Below are positions 37,825-52,000 of a stretch of 64,000 nt of DNA, one piece after another. Below the pieces are notes generated by a model that saw only the letters and a list, made by a program, of their open reading frames with translations, searched no databases and had not been told where the DNA came from. The translations under genes and the position numbers were made by a program. Positions within the stretch are counted from its first letter, which is position 1, and each line of letters opens with the position of its first letter. Source of the DNA: Raillietiella orientalis (taxonomy: Eukaryota); NCBI GenBank assembly GCA_036172245.1, contig JAYWIR010000007.1, positions 2,232,001 to 2,296,000 of the forward strand, given 5' to 3'.

Positions 37825-38899
37825 AAAAATAAAAATTTCAAAATGTAAGCCGCACCTATTGTTTGCTGAATTGCGAATACCATAAAAAACAAACAAACTA
37901 TGTGGATGGTACAAACATTTCCAGTGCTAAAGCATCAGAATATGAAGGTGCAAATCGAAAGGAAGGCCATGAAACAGTTGCTAGATGAACTTTACGGAGC
38001 CGTTATCTTCCCTCATTCTGTCGTCTGCAGAGTTGCAGCAGCCAAGAAGAGGAACTGCCTCGACCAACGCATGAGGTCGCACAACGAACGTGGGTCGCTG
38101 GTCTTTTTTTTTTTTTTTTTTTTTTTTTTAGGGTAGAACCCACGCTTTTTGATCAAGCCGTCGGCAGCCTTCCGAAGGCTGCATTTCTGGCGAGCGGTCA
38201 TGGGGAACCCAAATCGAAAGTGAGTGTTCCCTAAAATGGAAGAATGCTTCAAGCAAGTTTCCATTCCGGGAAAGTAAACCCTAGATCCGTAGGGTCCACA
38301 GACAATACGTTGACGACTTCCCCACGACGTTTTCTCGCACTGAGCGGAAAAAAGGATAAGACAAAGGCGTGGAAGGTGTATTCCCACGCCCTAGTCTCGT
38401 GGAAAGTACCGACCTTCCCTAATGACACGGAAAATGCAATTATTCACGTTTCGGTGAACTATGCTCGTCTACGATCACGTCGTCGCCATTATTAGCCATC
38501 GTCTTGAACACCTACGTGTACCCACGCACACGCATAAAAAGCAACCGTCAACATGGCTTGCACGAAATTGCCCTGCGATCCCTCTCCAGCTATATCATCC
38601 GAAGACGTTCCTCTGCCTCTTTGTGCATTAAAAAAATACGCACGAGTTACTGGAAAGTGCCACAAGCACGGATGCGAAGAGCAAAAGTAATCCCAACGAA
38701 TACCCTCTTTGAGGGATTACTGATGGAAACCGTTTTCAAGACGGATCGGCCTCGACATGTTAAAGCTGAATAAACTAATAACCGTTACATCAACTTTCCA
38801 GCTTTGTTCGCCAACGGAGTTTTGCAAGACTCAACATGAACAACATAGAGCAAGAGCCTGCTATCTCGTTTAATCAAAACGTTCAGCGTACTACATTTG

Positions 38900-39013
38900 A
38901 AGGCAGCCAATAAACTTTGACTTTATCGCGGCCAATCAGGGAGCAGGAATTTTAGAAGGAGCCATTCAGTGCTCGAAACCCGGTGACGTAGGAGGGCAGT
39001 GTACCTTGTAAGC
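38900..39013 (+). promoter_or_regulatory. Putative H3.3 promoter and non-coding first exon
   Basis: CCAAT boxes at 38907-38911 and 38932-38936, arthropod Inr-like TCAGT at 38966-38970, CRE-like TGACGTA at 38984-38990. Donor GTAAGC at 39008 and acceptor TGCAG ending 39292, just before the ATG; a 5'-UTR intron is typical of H3.3 genes. Confidence 0.55.
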
Positions 39014-39297
39014 TTCATAGCGTGGCTTGTGTGCATGTAATCATTGTTAGCGTAGTTGGCATCTGTGTGTCTAATGAAAGTGGCGATTTTCTCAAAGGAT
39101 TTGAGTTAAGTTTTAAAAAAAAAAAATCACCGACAATTGAAATTTCTATTCGGTAAGTGTACATCGTAGCGTAATTGTTTGCTTTTTTTGGAATGCAAAT
39201 TGTTTTCTGTTTTTTAAAGTCATTTTTTTTTTTTTTTTCTCTTGAATGCAGTACGTTAGAGATCTTGGGTAGTTTAATCGCCTGTATTGCAGTGTAA

Positions 39298-39760
<463 letters not shown>

Positions 39761-42320
39761 ACATAAGTGCACAGATTTCCCTCCTCCCATTTGATCCACA
39801 ACATGAATGTGTAAATAAATTCGTTTTGCGATAGTGTAATTGAAACCAGCAAAACTTTGTGATGTCAGAAAAGCAAATGTGTACAGCAGTCCATGATCTC
39901 CCATTTTTTAATTGTTTTGGTGTTTTTCGTACGTAGGTTCTGACAAACATTTTTATTTTAAGATGGCATCGGATGCAATTGTGGCAACTATGTTAAATAT
40001 AGTACAAAAGCTTGGAAAATGATTGATGACAGCACTATTCTCATGGAGTAAATGTTGACCAACCGCGCGTTATTGTGTTAATAAATGTTCATTTTTCAAA
40101 CATGGCGTCTGATTTAAAATGGCGGTATTTTCAGACTTCGCCTTGGTGTGCTAAGCACGATGTTAATCGTTGCTAGCAGTGGGCAGCTCCATCGTCGCCG
40201 TTGCCAAGTGTTTTGCAGTCCGTGCGATTCTCTTCCTGGTGGTGCAGTTTCTCCACACGTTCCCCGTTTGCCTTTGTTTCCTTGCATGTGTGCGAGTCTG
40301 AACGGGGGCAGTCCCCCCTGGCAGGGGGGCACGCCGCCCACCTCCATCCATGTTTCCATCCTTTGTCCGTGGCATAGAGTCGCCTTCGTGGTTCGGGCTC
40401 TCCCCCTCGGAAAGTTTGCGGATGTGCACCATTTCCTTCTCGGTAGCCATGGGCGCGCTGTTGCAGTCGGGTCGCCCTTTGTTTTCCGTGTGCTTGGTTT
40501 CCATTTGTAGGTGCTTTGCCTTTTTCTTTTTTTTTTTTTATTTATTATTTTTCCATTCATGCGAATCGTTCGGTTTCTCCCGTGCTGGAGAGGAAAATGC
40601 GATTTCGCAATAGCTGCTGTTGACGCCGTTCCCCGTTTAAGGGGAAAGTCGGTTCGAAAGACAAAGGAACGGGGGAAAGCCTCAGCGGTCTTCGGTTGCC
40701 TGGCGAGGAGGAACCGGGTAGCGGCTTGCGGACCCCCGTGGGCCTGGCAAGGGGGTGGCGGGGTGGGGGTGGTGCGCGCCTGGCTGGCTGGCTGGCTGGG
40801 GATGCGCCCCTGGCGTGCTCGGGGACCGGTGGTGACCCGAGAGTGTCGCACGCCTGGTTCACCTTTTGTTCTTTCGCTGGCAGCCGACTTTCTTTGTGGT
40901 CGGCGTGAATTACACAAGCCGGGGCGATTGAATATCTCTGGAAGCAGCGCCTCGGAAAAAATGTGTGTGTTTTTCTTTTCTTTTGTGTGTGTGTGTCATC
41001 CGAGAAGAAAGCAGTAGGGTGTTTGGTGTGTTGGGGGAGTGGTGCAAGGCGTGCCTTCTGTTGTGGGGAAGTGCGACTTCCCGTCGGCTGCGTGTGCATG
41101 CCGCGGGGAATGGCTGCGGCATCTCGAAGCGCGCGCCCACCCCACAGACCCCCCAGAGATGCAGCTTTCTGCCTGCCGGCGGCGCGTGCGGGTGGTTCGT
41201 GAGTCTCCCTTGAAATCGGTCCTGGAGGAGAGGCACCTCGCCCGTGACGCATAGATAGGCTTCGAGCAGAATTACGGAGTCCGCTCTTGAGCGCCCAGCG
41301 GTTGTGAAACAGCCTCAGAGGTGTTGGGGTTACTGCCAAGCGTGTGGCAAACTTCGATATTCGTCCGAGCACGAGCACCTTGCTGCTGAAGAAGTGTGGT
41401 GCGCGTGACTGTTGGGTGTTCAGCCAGGTGTTCGGAAAAACACCCTGATGCATTGTGTCGGGACCACTGCGGAGCGCCCGGTGTCTCTCCAGCGACCAGG
41501 GCTGGGTGGTCGTGGCGTGGGGCGTCGGAAGTCGTCGTGAAGAGTGCGGAACAAATTTCCGTTTCCGTCTGTGGCATCGGTTTGTCATTGGCCCTTGCGG
41601 TCGCAACCACCGTAAACGCAGCGAGGAGAAAAAAGAAAGATGGCGAATCTTTCCTTGCTGCCTTCGGAGATGCCACGGTCCTCCGAGCCTTGCGTTGATA
41701 ACCGTCCGATTCACAAATGTTTATTATTTTGCAGTTGACGCGCGCCCTCCCCGTACGCGTGGGCGTTCTGGGGCCGGAATTTTGGGTCAGGGATACATCC
41801 TAAAATAATACGTGTACGCCGCGTACGATGCAATGACCGGCTGCTAGCCGAGGCACGTCGTCACAAAGGAAAGCGTCGGTGGCGAGGCGCGCGGTACTGT
41901 CCGCGGAGCGCAGTGGAAGTTGGCCGTGGCGTCGACTCCCCCGCAGGGCCAAGTGACGCTCTCTGCCGAGCATGGGTTGGGCAAGAAGAAGCGTCGGCGA
42001 AGGGGAACTTGGCCGGCCCAGCACGGCAGGGATAACAGGGGGGTCACTCGCCAGAAGGAGCCGCCCTGGGCGGACGCGTGCCGTTGCTGCTGTTTGGCGG
42101 CGGCCGGGCGGGAGGGGAGGGGGAGAGGGCGGCTGCAGGAAACCCTATAAAAGCCAGCGATGTTTGGAACTGTAGAGCTATTTATAACCCCGAATTTCAC
42201 GGGTTTGCAGCCATCCCAGGGGTCACGCCGCTCGCAGCCGTTTTTATTGTACGCGAAGTATATAATATATGTATATGAAGTTTCATCCCAGTAGTGGTGA
42301 GCATATCCTTTCGAGGGGCA

Positions 42321-42355
<35 letters not shown>

Positions 42356-45300
42356 AAAGGTATTTTGCTCGGTAGTCGAGATCCTTTCTGAAATTAAATC
42401 TTCCTAAAGGAAAGCACAGACGGTTTTCTGTTTCAATGCCCATTTACCTTCCTGTGTCTGTAGGACGCTTTCCGTACCACCTATGCATTGGGATCAGAGC
42501 TGTACACTGGGAGACTCGGCCACCGAGCAGGAAGGATTCCGTGCTTAAGCGCGCGCATACGCTGCCGTAATTGTGCTCTGTCCCGTCGTTGGGAGCAGCA
42601 AAAAACGTTCGTTGTCTTTCTAAACCGGCATGCTGTATGGGAGATCGTTGCATTTCTTCTCTTTTCTTTTCTTTTTTGTAAAAAAAAATGCGGTTTTGTG
42701 TTTATGGGCAACGTGTATGTCAATTTTCCGCTGGTAGGTGGTCGGATAAAGGGCTCGGGATGCTTTGGTATCCCTCACGTCCTGCAATGTATGGTGTCAT
42801 CATTCAAGTTAGATGTAAAAAAAACGGAACAATTTCGCGTGGGTCAGTCGCAGTTCCTCGTGTCTTTTACACATGTTGGCATTCAGTGGTTCCGTTTCCT
42901 GTGAGAATTCTGGATGCGCGCCCTCAGGCTTCGTGCTCTGCCAGGTTCCTCGGATGGTTTGCTCCGAAAGGTTTCAGGGTGCCTTTGCCGGAATTCTTCG
43001 TTCCTCCTTTACGTCCAGTGTCCCGTCCGGCTCCAGGTTTTCGCCTATGTTCTTGAACCATCCAAACTTGGGTCTCCGTGACCTGTCGGAAAACGGTGCA
43101 AAATTGACCCTGCAAATCGTGCAGCGCATGCTTTAAGATCTGCGGGCAGCATAAGCATAGATGCTGAGCCAGATCAGCGGGGTGCAGCTGTAGGTTTTGC
43201 ACTGCTGTCGCATGCTGAAAAAGCACGGGGTTTTCAGAAAACGGCCTTGCGCACACACATTGACCGAAATTTTGTCTCCACACGGCGTTTCAGTTACCAG
43301 AGGTCACAAACTGACCCGGTGCCTCGTTGGGCTCCGCGATAAACAAGGATGTAACTGCTGTTAACAAAAGCTGTGTGAGCTTCAGGTCGAAAGCACGACC
43401 TTCCTAAAAGATGGAGACTTACAAAGGTCCTCGAAGTTTATTTCGAAAGGAACTCTGCATTTGGTCCCTGCCTGTGAATATGTCGTGCTTTTCCGGCCAT
43501 CGCTGTATCTTATTTAGAAGAACCCCAGTTGCTCCAGAGTGCCGTGCTTGCATGAAACTGGTTTCTGACACCACAAACTGCGGACTTGCTTGCAGGGTGC
43601 TGGAAGAGGAGTAACCGAAATGCCGCTCGTGCCGTGGCAGTCGATTCATTCTGACGCGATGCGGCGACTAGCAAGCCTGCAAAACGGAGCAAAAAGAGAC
43701 CGTGGAGATGCTGGTTCTTTAATTCTTATGATCACGAGAAAGGATTGACTTGTTCGTAAATGGTGGGGAAACAGTTGTTGACCTCAAGTCTTCGGAATTC
43801 TTTGGAAAGAAAGGGTGAGGCTCGATTTTCCGAAGAGGAGCCGCCGAAATCTTCATTCAGGAAAATCAAGTTTTCCATAAGTATTCTCAGAAGAACATGG
43901 CGTGAGGACTAAGTACAGAGGTCTCTCTGCATCCGAGATCATTCAAATGAGCAGCAACGTCGCTGCTAGATTCAGTGTGTACCCGAAATGAGCGTTGCTC
44001 CTCTGTTCTGTTTCCAAACACTTGATGATTTGTGGAGTAAATTTTGCCTTCGTACGTCTTAACCGTGCCTTTCGAGTTATGTTCCCTGTTTTCCCTTTTC
44101 TTTGTGTGCATGTGTGCTTGATGTGGCGTTCGGCAGCATTTTTTTTTTTTTTTTTTAATTAATTCACTTGAGGTTGCGTGCAGTTTTTAGTTGCAGGAAC
44201 TGTTTCTTTGTTGACTTCACGTGTGACGAAAAAATAACCTATGGCTAGAGTTCCGTGAAAGGCCGTGTTTTTCACGGCAGTCCTCGTTACAAAGTGGCGA
44301 AGACGACGTGTGGAAGGCTTAGGAAACAGGCGAATCATCCCTAATCCAAAAGAACAATTTAGTTAGTAATCACCGTTTTTAATGTCGGCCCAGAGAACAT
44401 TCTCGACCACTGTAGCAATATGTAGCCCTAACTGTTCCTCAAAGTCTTCGCGCTGTGAAGTTGATGGCTTAGCACCATCCCCGCGCGCGCTTCTAACAAG
44501 ACACAAATTCCCATGAAATAAAACCAACGGTTTGTTCACAGTGATGGAAAAAAAACAAAAAAGAATTCCCTGGCAAGAACACGTTTGTGGACAACGAGAT
44601 TCAACAGCCACATGTGCCTCAGGTGCAACGAAAAGTAGTGTTCCAAAGCCCCGGATATATGCTAGGTCGTTTTGCCCAGTCTTGCAATGCAAAGACTTAT
44701 CTGAATCCCGGTAATCAGTTTAGTTTGTGCAGTTTCAGTTTCCTGATCTTGAGAGCGATCCTTCCTCCGGGATGTTTGCCTGTATGCTCTGAAATCTGCG
44801 CATGTCATCCTTCTTCTTCTTGTCATACCGTTATCATTTTGAATGCACCCTTCTCGGTACCGTGTTTTCTTCGCTCCCCGTTGCCCAGCTTTTGTTTTTG
44901 CTTTACGAGCTGTTGCTTCGGGTATCTTGTCTTCCTATGGAGTCTGTCCCAACACGTGGGCAGCAGCACATGTACCGACGACTGATAGTGCTGTAGAAGC
45001 AGTAGGCTGCTACAGTGCTGTCTGCTTGAAGTGTTCCCCGATATGTGTCGTCGTTCCTCGCAGGGCTCTCACCGTCAAAGTGTCGCATTTTCAACTCGCA
45101 TGTGAAACACTTCCGAGTCGCTTCTTTGAAGACTAGAATGATTGAGGAAATGGTTGCACACACACACAAAAAAAAAAACATGCATTAGGATGCACTGGAT
45201 TTCTATCGTACGTGCTTCCCGAATCGGTTGTTCGTTTGATCTTTTGGAGTACTCAAGCCGGGAAACGGTTCCTATGAAAGCCGATGCTCGTGCATGATGT

Positions 45301-46124
45301 TAAGCATTTTTGTTGTAAGCATCCCCGACTATTCGTTTGCGACGGATAAAGCAGAAGATTAATAACTTGAAAAGTTGGCACCTTTCAAAAGTGTGTGTTG
45401 TTTTCGTTTTTTATTTTCTGTGATGCATGAGTTACCGTTTACGTCTGTTACCTTTACTGATGCACACAATAGTATTCAGATTGATCACCACAGGAGCTCA
45501 TGGCTAACAACTGTTCTTGAGACCTGCCATGATGCAATCTTTAGCCCTTTGAGCAGTTCCATAAAAATATTGCATTCAGTTTAGACGCTACCCAAACGTG
45601 CTCCGTATGAAAGCAATCTGCTTAAATGACAAGGAAATAAAATCGCAAATTCGTTTTTCCTTGTGTACAGAGTTTTTTCAATGCTATCACACATAGTCTT
45701 CTAATGTGTCTACCCTTCAGTAGTTCCACAATTATCGAGAACCTTAGAATTGTTTTGTAATGGCATCAAAACTTACAATTTCTAATGCATTAATGTACAC
45801 GTTTCATGAAACTAGAGTTTCGATGGTCCTTACGGCACTGTCATTATTGTTTAAGTAAGGTGAGAACTACAAACATGCTTGGCATGTTTGAAGGATTTAT
45901 TTGACAACTCAGGCAAAAGCAAGAATGATCAATAATGTACTTTACATAAACCTGCCACCATTCAAGGACGTATCTTATGAATATACTATTTCATTGCACA
46001 GCTGAAACTGAAAGTGATACTTTTCAAACATCCTTTGTACATGTAGGTGCTGACAACGCAAACAAATGGGGGAACTAATTTGAGTTAAATATTTATTATT
46101 TGGAAAACCGAAATGCAGCACATT

Positions 46125-49010
46125 TCAGCTGTTGGAATCCAGGACCAATGATTTACACATGTTTTCAGCAAGCTTTTTTGCCAAACGACCTTGTAAAACC
46201 AAAGAATTGGTTAAAATCAAAAGCCAATTCATTAGGTACCTTGTCTAGCACGTTGTTGTTTGAGTCTCTTGAATCGCATTTTCAACTGCCTTGCTGGATT
46301 CTGAACTGCACTCTGATGTTTGGTAGATGGCACAGGTTTCAATGTATCCTGTCCATGTGGTACATCAATCACAGTATTTACAGATAGCTATCAGAAAGAA
46401 TCACATAACACAAGAATAGCTTGTAGCATACTTGTGGTATGCTGCAGTCTGCAACACTCAATTTCTTGGGAATATTAACATGTCCTCCATTTTCCACATG
46501 TGATGAAGATAACTGTTGAAAATCGTGTACTTCTAATGTCTGAATTTGATTTAAATCAAATTCTGCCGACATATGCCGAACTAGTTGACTTTCCAAGTGT
46601 ACAGATTCAGTGCTTTCAGGTGGTTCAGTGTAATACTTGATTTTTCCACTGAAACAAAAAGCCCTACAACAAAAATAATTGTAAATCTTCATACCAGGTC
46701 CATTCATTGAGTAAGTGACGAGCTGCAGCCGTAATGTCAGGAATACCACCTTTTTTCAATTTTCCTAGGCGGCAGGCCAACAACTGTAGGAACTCTTGTG
46801 TGTTGGAATAATTTGATAAGCGATAATGTGCTAACAACTGCAAACTCATTAGCAGCTGCTTATAAACTGATACACTCTCGGTGATATATACCTGATTTTT
46901 ATTCGCTCTTTGTAAAATAGCCTCAACAGGCAAAACAGGATCCTCTATCTGTTCTATTCTGAAGGCATTTTTAAGTGCTGCAACAGCACAAGAAAGACCT
47001 GATGTGTTATTGTCCAAAATCAATCCTGGACAATCCAAAAGGCGAATGTGTTTGTCCAAGTGCACTGTTTGCATACAACTAAATTACGAAAAATAAAACA
47101 AAAAATATGAAGCATTACAAACCTGGTTGCTCCAGGATTGGAACTGATTTTGCAAACTCGCTCACGCTTCAAGCTGTTTATGAGACTACTTTTTCCCACA
47201 TTTGGATATCCTGGTATGAGTCTTACAATAACCAGAAAATCATACCTAGAGACAACTTACCAACTACGCCAACACTAACAAATGTTTTCAGGTTGTGTGT
47301 ACGGCAGTAATTGCTCAGCAGATTCATTAATGCTTCAGCACCCAAACAGCGGGAACTAGATAAAAGGCCTTCTGAGCTCTGTAAAACATCCTTTGCTCCT
47401 GCATGAGTGATCTTTTGATGTGTTGACGCAGTGCAACTCTTGAAAATAACTGTAGGGAATTCCAGCCTGAGGTATTTCAACCATTTTTCCAAAATATGTT
47501 TTGGTACTAAATCTGCTCTTACAGGATATGAATGTAGCATTCAATCATTCACATAAAATACGAACCTGCTTTATTTAATACCAGGATCAGTTTTTTGCAG
47601 CCACTTGTTTCCAAGATAGTTTTTTCCAATACCGAAGATCGTGAACCTAATGGGTCACGAGCATCCAACACTTCCAAAATAATATCTGCCTCATCAACTA
47701 CCTACAGTGCATGTGTGTGCATGTTTTTTTTTTAAAAAATCACATCAAGAGAAAAAACTCACTTTCTGAAACTCCTGATAAAACCTCTTAGCTGATTTAT
47801 CATTCAGTTGTGAGGAAGCCTTCAAATTCAAAGGACTTTGTTCTTTTTCATTCTTTTCGTACTCTTGAGCTCTACGATCAGCATCCTGTGTAAGACTCTA
47901 GAACAACAATCAATACTGTTAATAATAATCTCCATAGTTTTTTTATGCCCTTTTTTTTACCTCAAGTGTTCTTCTGGATGCAATCTCATTCTGCCGCTTG
48001 CTTTTTTGAATTTCCCTTAATTCTTTTTTTCTTAGTTCCTTTTTCCTTTCTTCTTCCTGTCTTCTGGTTCCTGCTTCTTGGAGAATTTCATTTTTGAATG
48101 GGCAAGAATTAGGTACTTTGAAGTGCAGTTTTTTTGATGCTAAACATATAAAACTTATTTTATACACTTTAACAAACAGCAATTTCTCAGATATACCCAC
48201 ATGCTCTAATCGACATTTCCACTGAATTCAATTTAAAACAAAAACAAAACACATGAATAATTGATTTATGAAAATAGTTCTAGTTATGAAGACTGAATTG
48301 ATTCCAATGTATTATTTCTTTTAAAAAACAAAAAAATGGCTTTCAAGAAATAACATTCTGAAATCAATCCAATTCCAAACTCATTGAAAATATATGTAGA
48401 CCTAAGTACATACCATTCATAAATGTGGAGACTAAATGTGATACACAATCTTTGGGGTTAACTGTTAACAAACACGGGAATCAAATAACTGATAATTGCT
48501 TGCACCACAAAGATGCAATTTCCAAATATTCTCAATTCATCTTATAATTTTATACACAAAACATTACAAATACTACCAAACAGCAATTGACATGCATTTA
48601 TAAACGTTAAAAAAAAGTAAAATGTATAAATTAACACCCACAATCATTTCCTATATTGATTACTGATACTGAAGCACTAAGCAGTACTTCAAACAGAGAT
48701 CAGCAGATAGGTTTGAAGTTTCATATGTTGAAATTTGTTAACCATAGCAGCCATTCGTTCAAAGGTATGCATTTGCTGTAACTTTTACCACTAAACTTAC
48801 GTTTATTTGCACGTTTTTTTGCTTCCTTACGAAGTTTTCTTCTGTGCTCCTTCACTTTTTTTTCAATTTTATATCTTTTCCCGGCAGGTAGTCTCTTGCT
48901 TTTCTTTTCTAAAATTAAGTTATTTCGATATGTACTTTCACTTGATGTTTCTGATCAATAACAAAATCCAAATTGCCATAACAAGGTGGCAACGTCACAT
49001 ACCGCTTCAT
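46125..49010 (-). CDS. GNL3: Nucleostemin / GNL3-like circularly permuted GTPase (start exon unresolved)
   Basis: [73 protein letters not shown] (G4), [20 protein letters not shown] (G1), LLDCPG (G3), [23 protein letters not shown]. Stop TGA at 46125-46127; AATAAA at 46092-46097. Confidence 0.94.
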
Positions 49011-52000
49011 ATTTTATTTACAACCAACTTTAAGTTATGGCCACAGTGCATTACTATAAAAAGGAATCGAACAAAAAGCATCTTTTGAATTTCAAGATGA
49101 GTGCAAATGATGACTGTAAAATCTTAATATTAAAATGAAAACCGAAACCGAACTCCATTGAAGTGCTGCGACTAATTCACAGGCTAATCTTCATCAAAGT
49201 CTGATGACATTCACACACAAAGTTTCTAACACTACTTGAACTTTTCGTGAGTGAACTCAGAATATCAGCATAAAACTGATATGCAAACTGATGTGACCAG
49301 ATTGGTTAAATCTGACAGTCTCCCTACGTTTTTAAACCTCAATTTCAATGGCCGTACAAATATTGGTGTGAGAGCACGGTCCAAATATACGTGGGAAATT
49401 CAATCGGCAATCGATGACCTGGATTATCAATATGCATTACAGCTATGGAAATATTCGTTAACAAACACCGAACAGCATGCCATATTACCGATATGAAGCA
49501 CTATTCGTGAAAATGGAATAAACAATACGTACTGAAAAACTTTTTTGTCATTTTTGTGAACCACGTTTGCTTTCAGGATACTGCAACACAGCACGATTCT
49601 CAAACACGTGCTATCAGAAATTCGAAAATTAATGCTTCACTGCTATTTCACAGGATACAAATCTGGTACTAGCTTTGAAAGTAAAAACCAAGATTCAATA
49701 TAAATTGAATAAAGGACTCAATTACTGCATTTACTTTCAGCTTTCCTGATCATATTGTATTTCTATTTTCTATCAAAATTCTAAATTGCTGAAAAATAAA
49801 ATGTCTCGGCCACATTTATTTATTACCTACATCCACATCAGTAATCGCATTTATATTGAAGATGACTTCTCTAACAAATATTCGTATGTTACATGAAGTA
49901 CTTTAATGCATTTTCTATAACTTCCACAGAAGAACAGGTAGCTTTTAAAATTAACTCTTGAATTTGATATAAATGCCACATAAACGGCAATGTGCCCACA
50001 TAGTAAACAAAACTTCCTTCCAAGCTGATTCGACGTATTTTTAGATCCAAACCGATATCAAACGATCTGTGAGAACCATCTTTTATTTGTATTGAAAACG
50101 ATCAGACAGAACTATATGACAGAACAACTTTAGAACAACATTTGTCACCTTCAACAGCAACTGTAAATAGTCATTTGCATTTCGTGTAATGCCTCTATTA
50201 TAAAGAAGTAAAGAAAATAATAATTAATCCAGAATGTTAGCAAAGTCTTTTAATTAAAGTATTATTTTCAAATATTCTAAAACATCAATGTGAATTTTTC
50301 TTTCAATATGAATCTCTCAAAAACCCATACATGAATGTTTTTCATGAGCTTTTCGATCTCTGTTTGGATCAAAGGATTATGAAGTCTTTATTTTAGTGAT
50401 TTCTCAATGAAAAAAAAACATTCTCAAACAAGACTAGGCGAAAAATAATTTCGAATACTGATTTTTACAGTGTGAGACAATATTTTGGAAATACTTTGAA
50501 GCACAACTACTGAATGACTTCTCGAGAGCCTACTCTTGAGCCTTACTCTATAGACATTTTAGATGCATATTTGTCAAATGGTACAGATAAAATACTGGTT
50601 TGATTCGTAGCTATTCTTCAACTGCATGGGAACTTTTGTCTATTATTTTCCCAGACTTAAAGTAGTTGCCAACTCTAGAAAACATTTAGTACGATTATTT
50701 GACTACCCAATTCACGCACACTGATTGGTATATTTTCTTTACTGCTAACGTCATCTTTGGCATCTGTACGGTTACTGTTATTGGGCTTAAAGTACACAGA
50801 AATTTAACGTTGCGCGATAATGGGAAACTATCGATAATTGCTTTCCAATACAAGATACACTTGTGTATACGTGTCTTTACATTTCCCTCTTCGTTTACCT
50901 AGTCAGAAAGCATAAATGCAGATTTTTCCTGACTCCAGGTATTGGTTTGAGACAAAAACTTTGTTTACAATGGCTATAATTAATTTTTGTGTATATTTAC
51001 TTCACTTCTTGCTTTATAAACTGAATGTAACTTCTGTATAATACGAATCACTGTGTTTACCAGTTCTCCACAGAGCGAATTCCCATATCATAGATAATGA
51101 AACAGTACATGGGAATACAAAAAGGCTTCAGTAGCGAATTATTCAACTCAAAATTGCCAAGAGCAATCTTTTAGTCACCTAAGTACCTAAGTACCTTGAA
51201 TGACGAGAAGACTGAGTACTACACACTTTTTTAATACGGATGATCTGGGCAACAAAATTGTTCATCGCCATATACACTCTCTGACAGCAAAATGAGCTCC
51301 CAGACTGTGGTTATCTGAACATGCCTAACACCACATGACAGAAAGCACATTCTGGAAAACAGGCTCTCTCTATTGACAGTGGTGCTAATTCTCGATTATG
51401 CGGTATAGAAAATGAAGAATACATGATGGCAAAAGCATTTGGCTGATATCCGTATGGTGTACTAAAAATATTTGACAGATTGCTTGCATTGATCACAGTA
51501 TTTACAAAATGCCATCACCAGGACTATGATATATTTTTTATACATGATCACTTGAGCCAATCTTCAAGGAGGATTTCGTTTTCCGCTTATGAGTAAAATT
51601 TCGGCATGCTATATTTGCAAGTTTGATTCGTTTCCTTGGATAGGGTCTCCAATGATATAATTTCAAGACCAAGCACAATGCTTTCCAAACTAAACTGAAA
51701 TGTAGTAAAAAAAATTCTGCTCGTTTTCTCTAATTCTGTTCATTTTAGTAGGAAACTAAAAGCTTTTGTTTCGAGTAGCTAAAGTTATAGTTTTTCACTG
51801 TTTCTTCTAAATGGAACAGTATAATTTTCTGGAAACTAGATACTTTTTCGATTTTCGTTGGAATGGAACAGTAGCCAGAACATTCTCCATCGTCGAAGTT
51901 ATAACTTTCTATTTCCTTCGAGAGTGTTCCCAAGAAGGATGGAAATCATGGGATATGATTTTCTATCTCCCATGATTTCTATGCAGAATACGAGTATTTC

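Noticed and set aside
38130..38400. Possible further L1/Tx1 RT fragment; shares the 15-mer GCAGCCTTCCGAAGG with 36944-36958 and forms a 9-bp palindrome at 38164-38182
   Set aside because: Peptide similarity is too weak to call and the 15-mer is partly self-palindromic.
40114..41714. Long ORFs of 267 and 385 aa on the minus strand
   Set aside because: R/P/A-rich, overlapping in many frames, crossing homopolymer runs, no domain motifs: GC-rich ORF noise.
42321..42358. T-run/A-run junction (also at 58882-58912) that could fold like a terminator
   Set aside because: Simple homopolymers in a eukaryotic genome with no supporting context.
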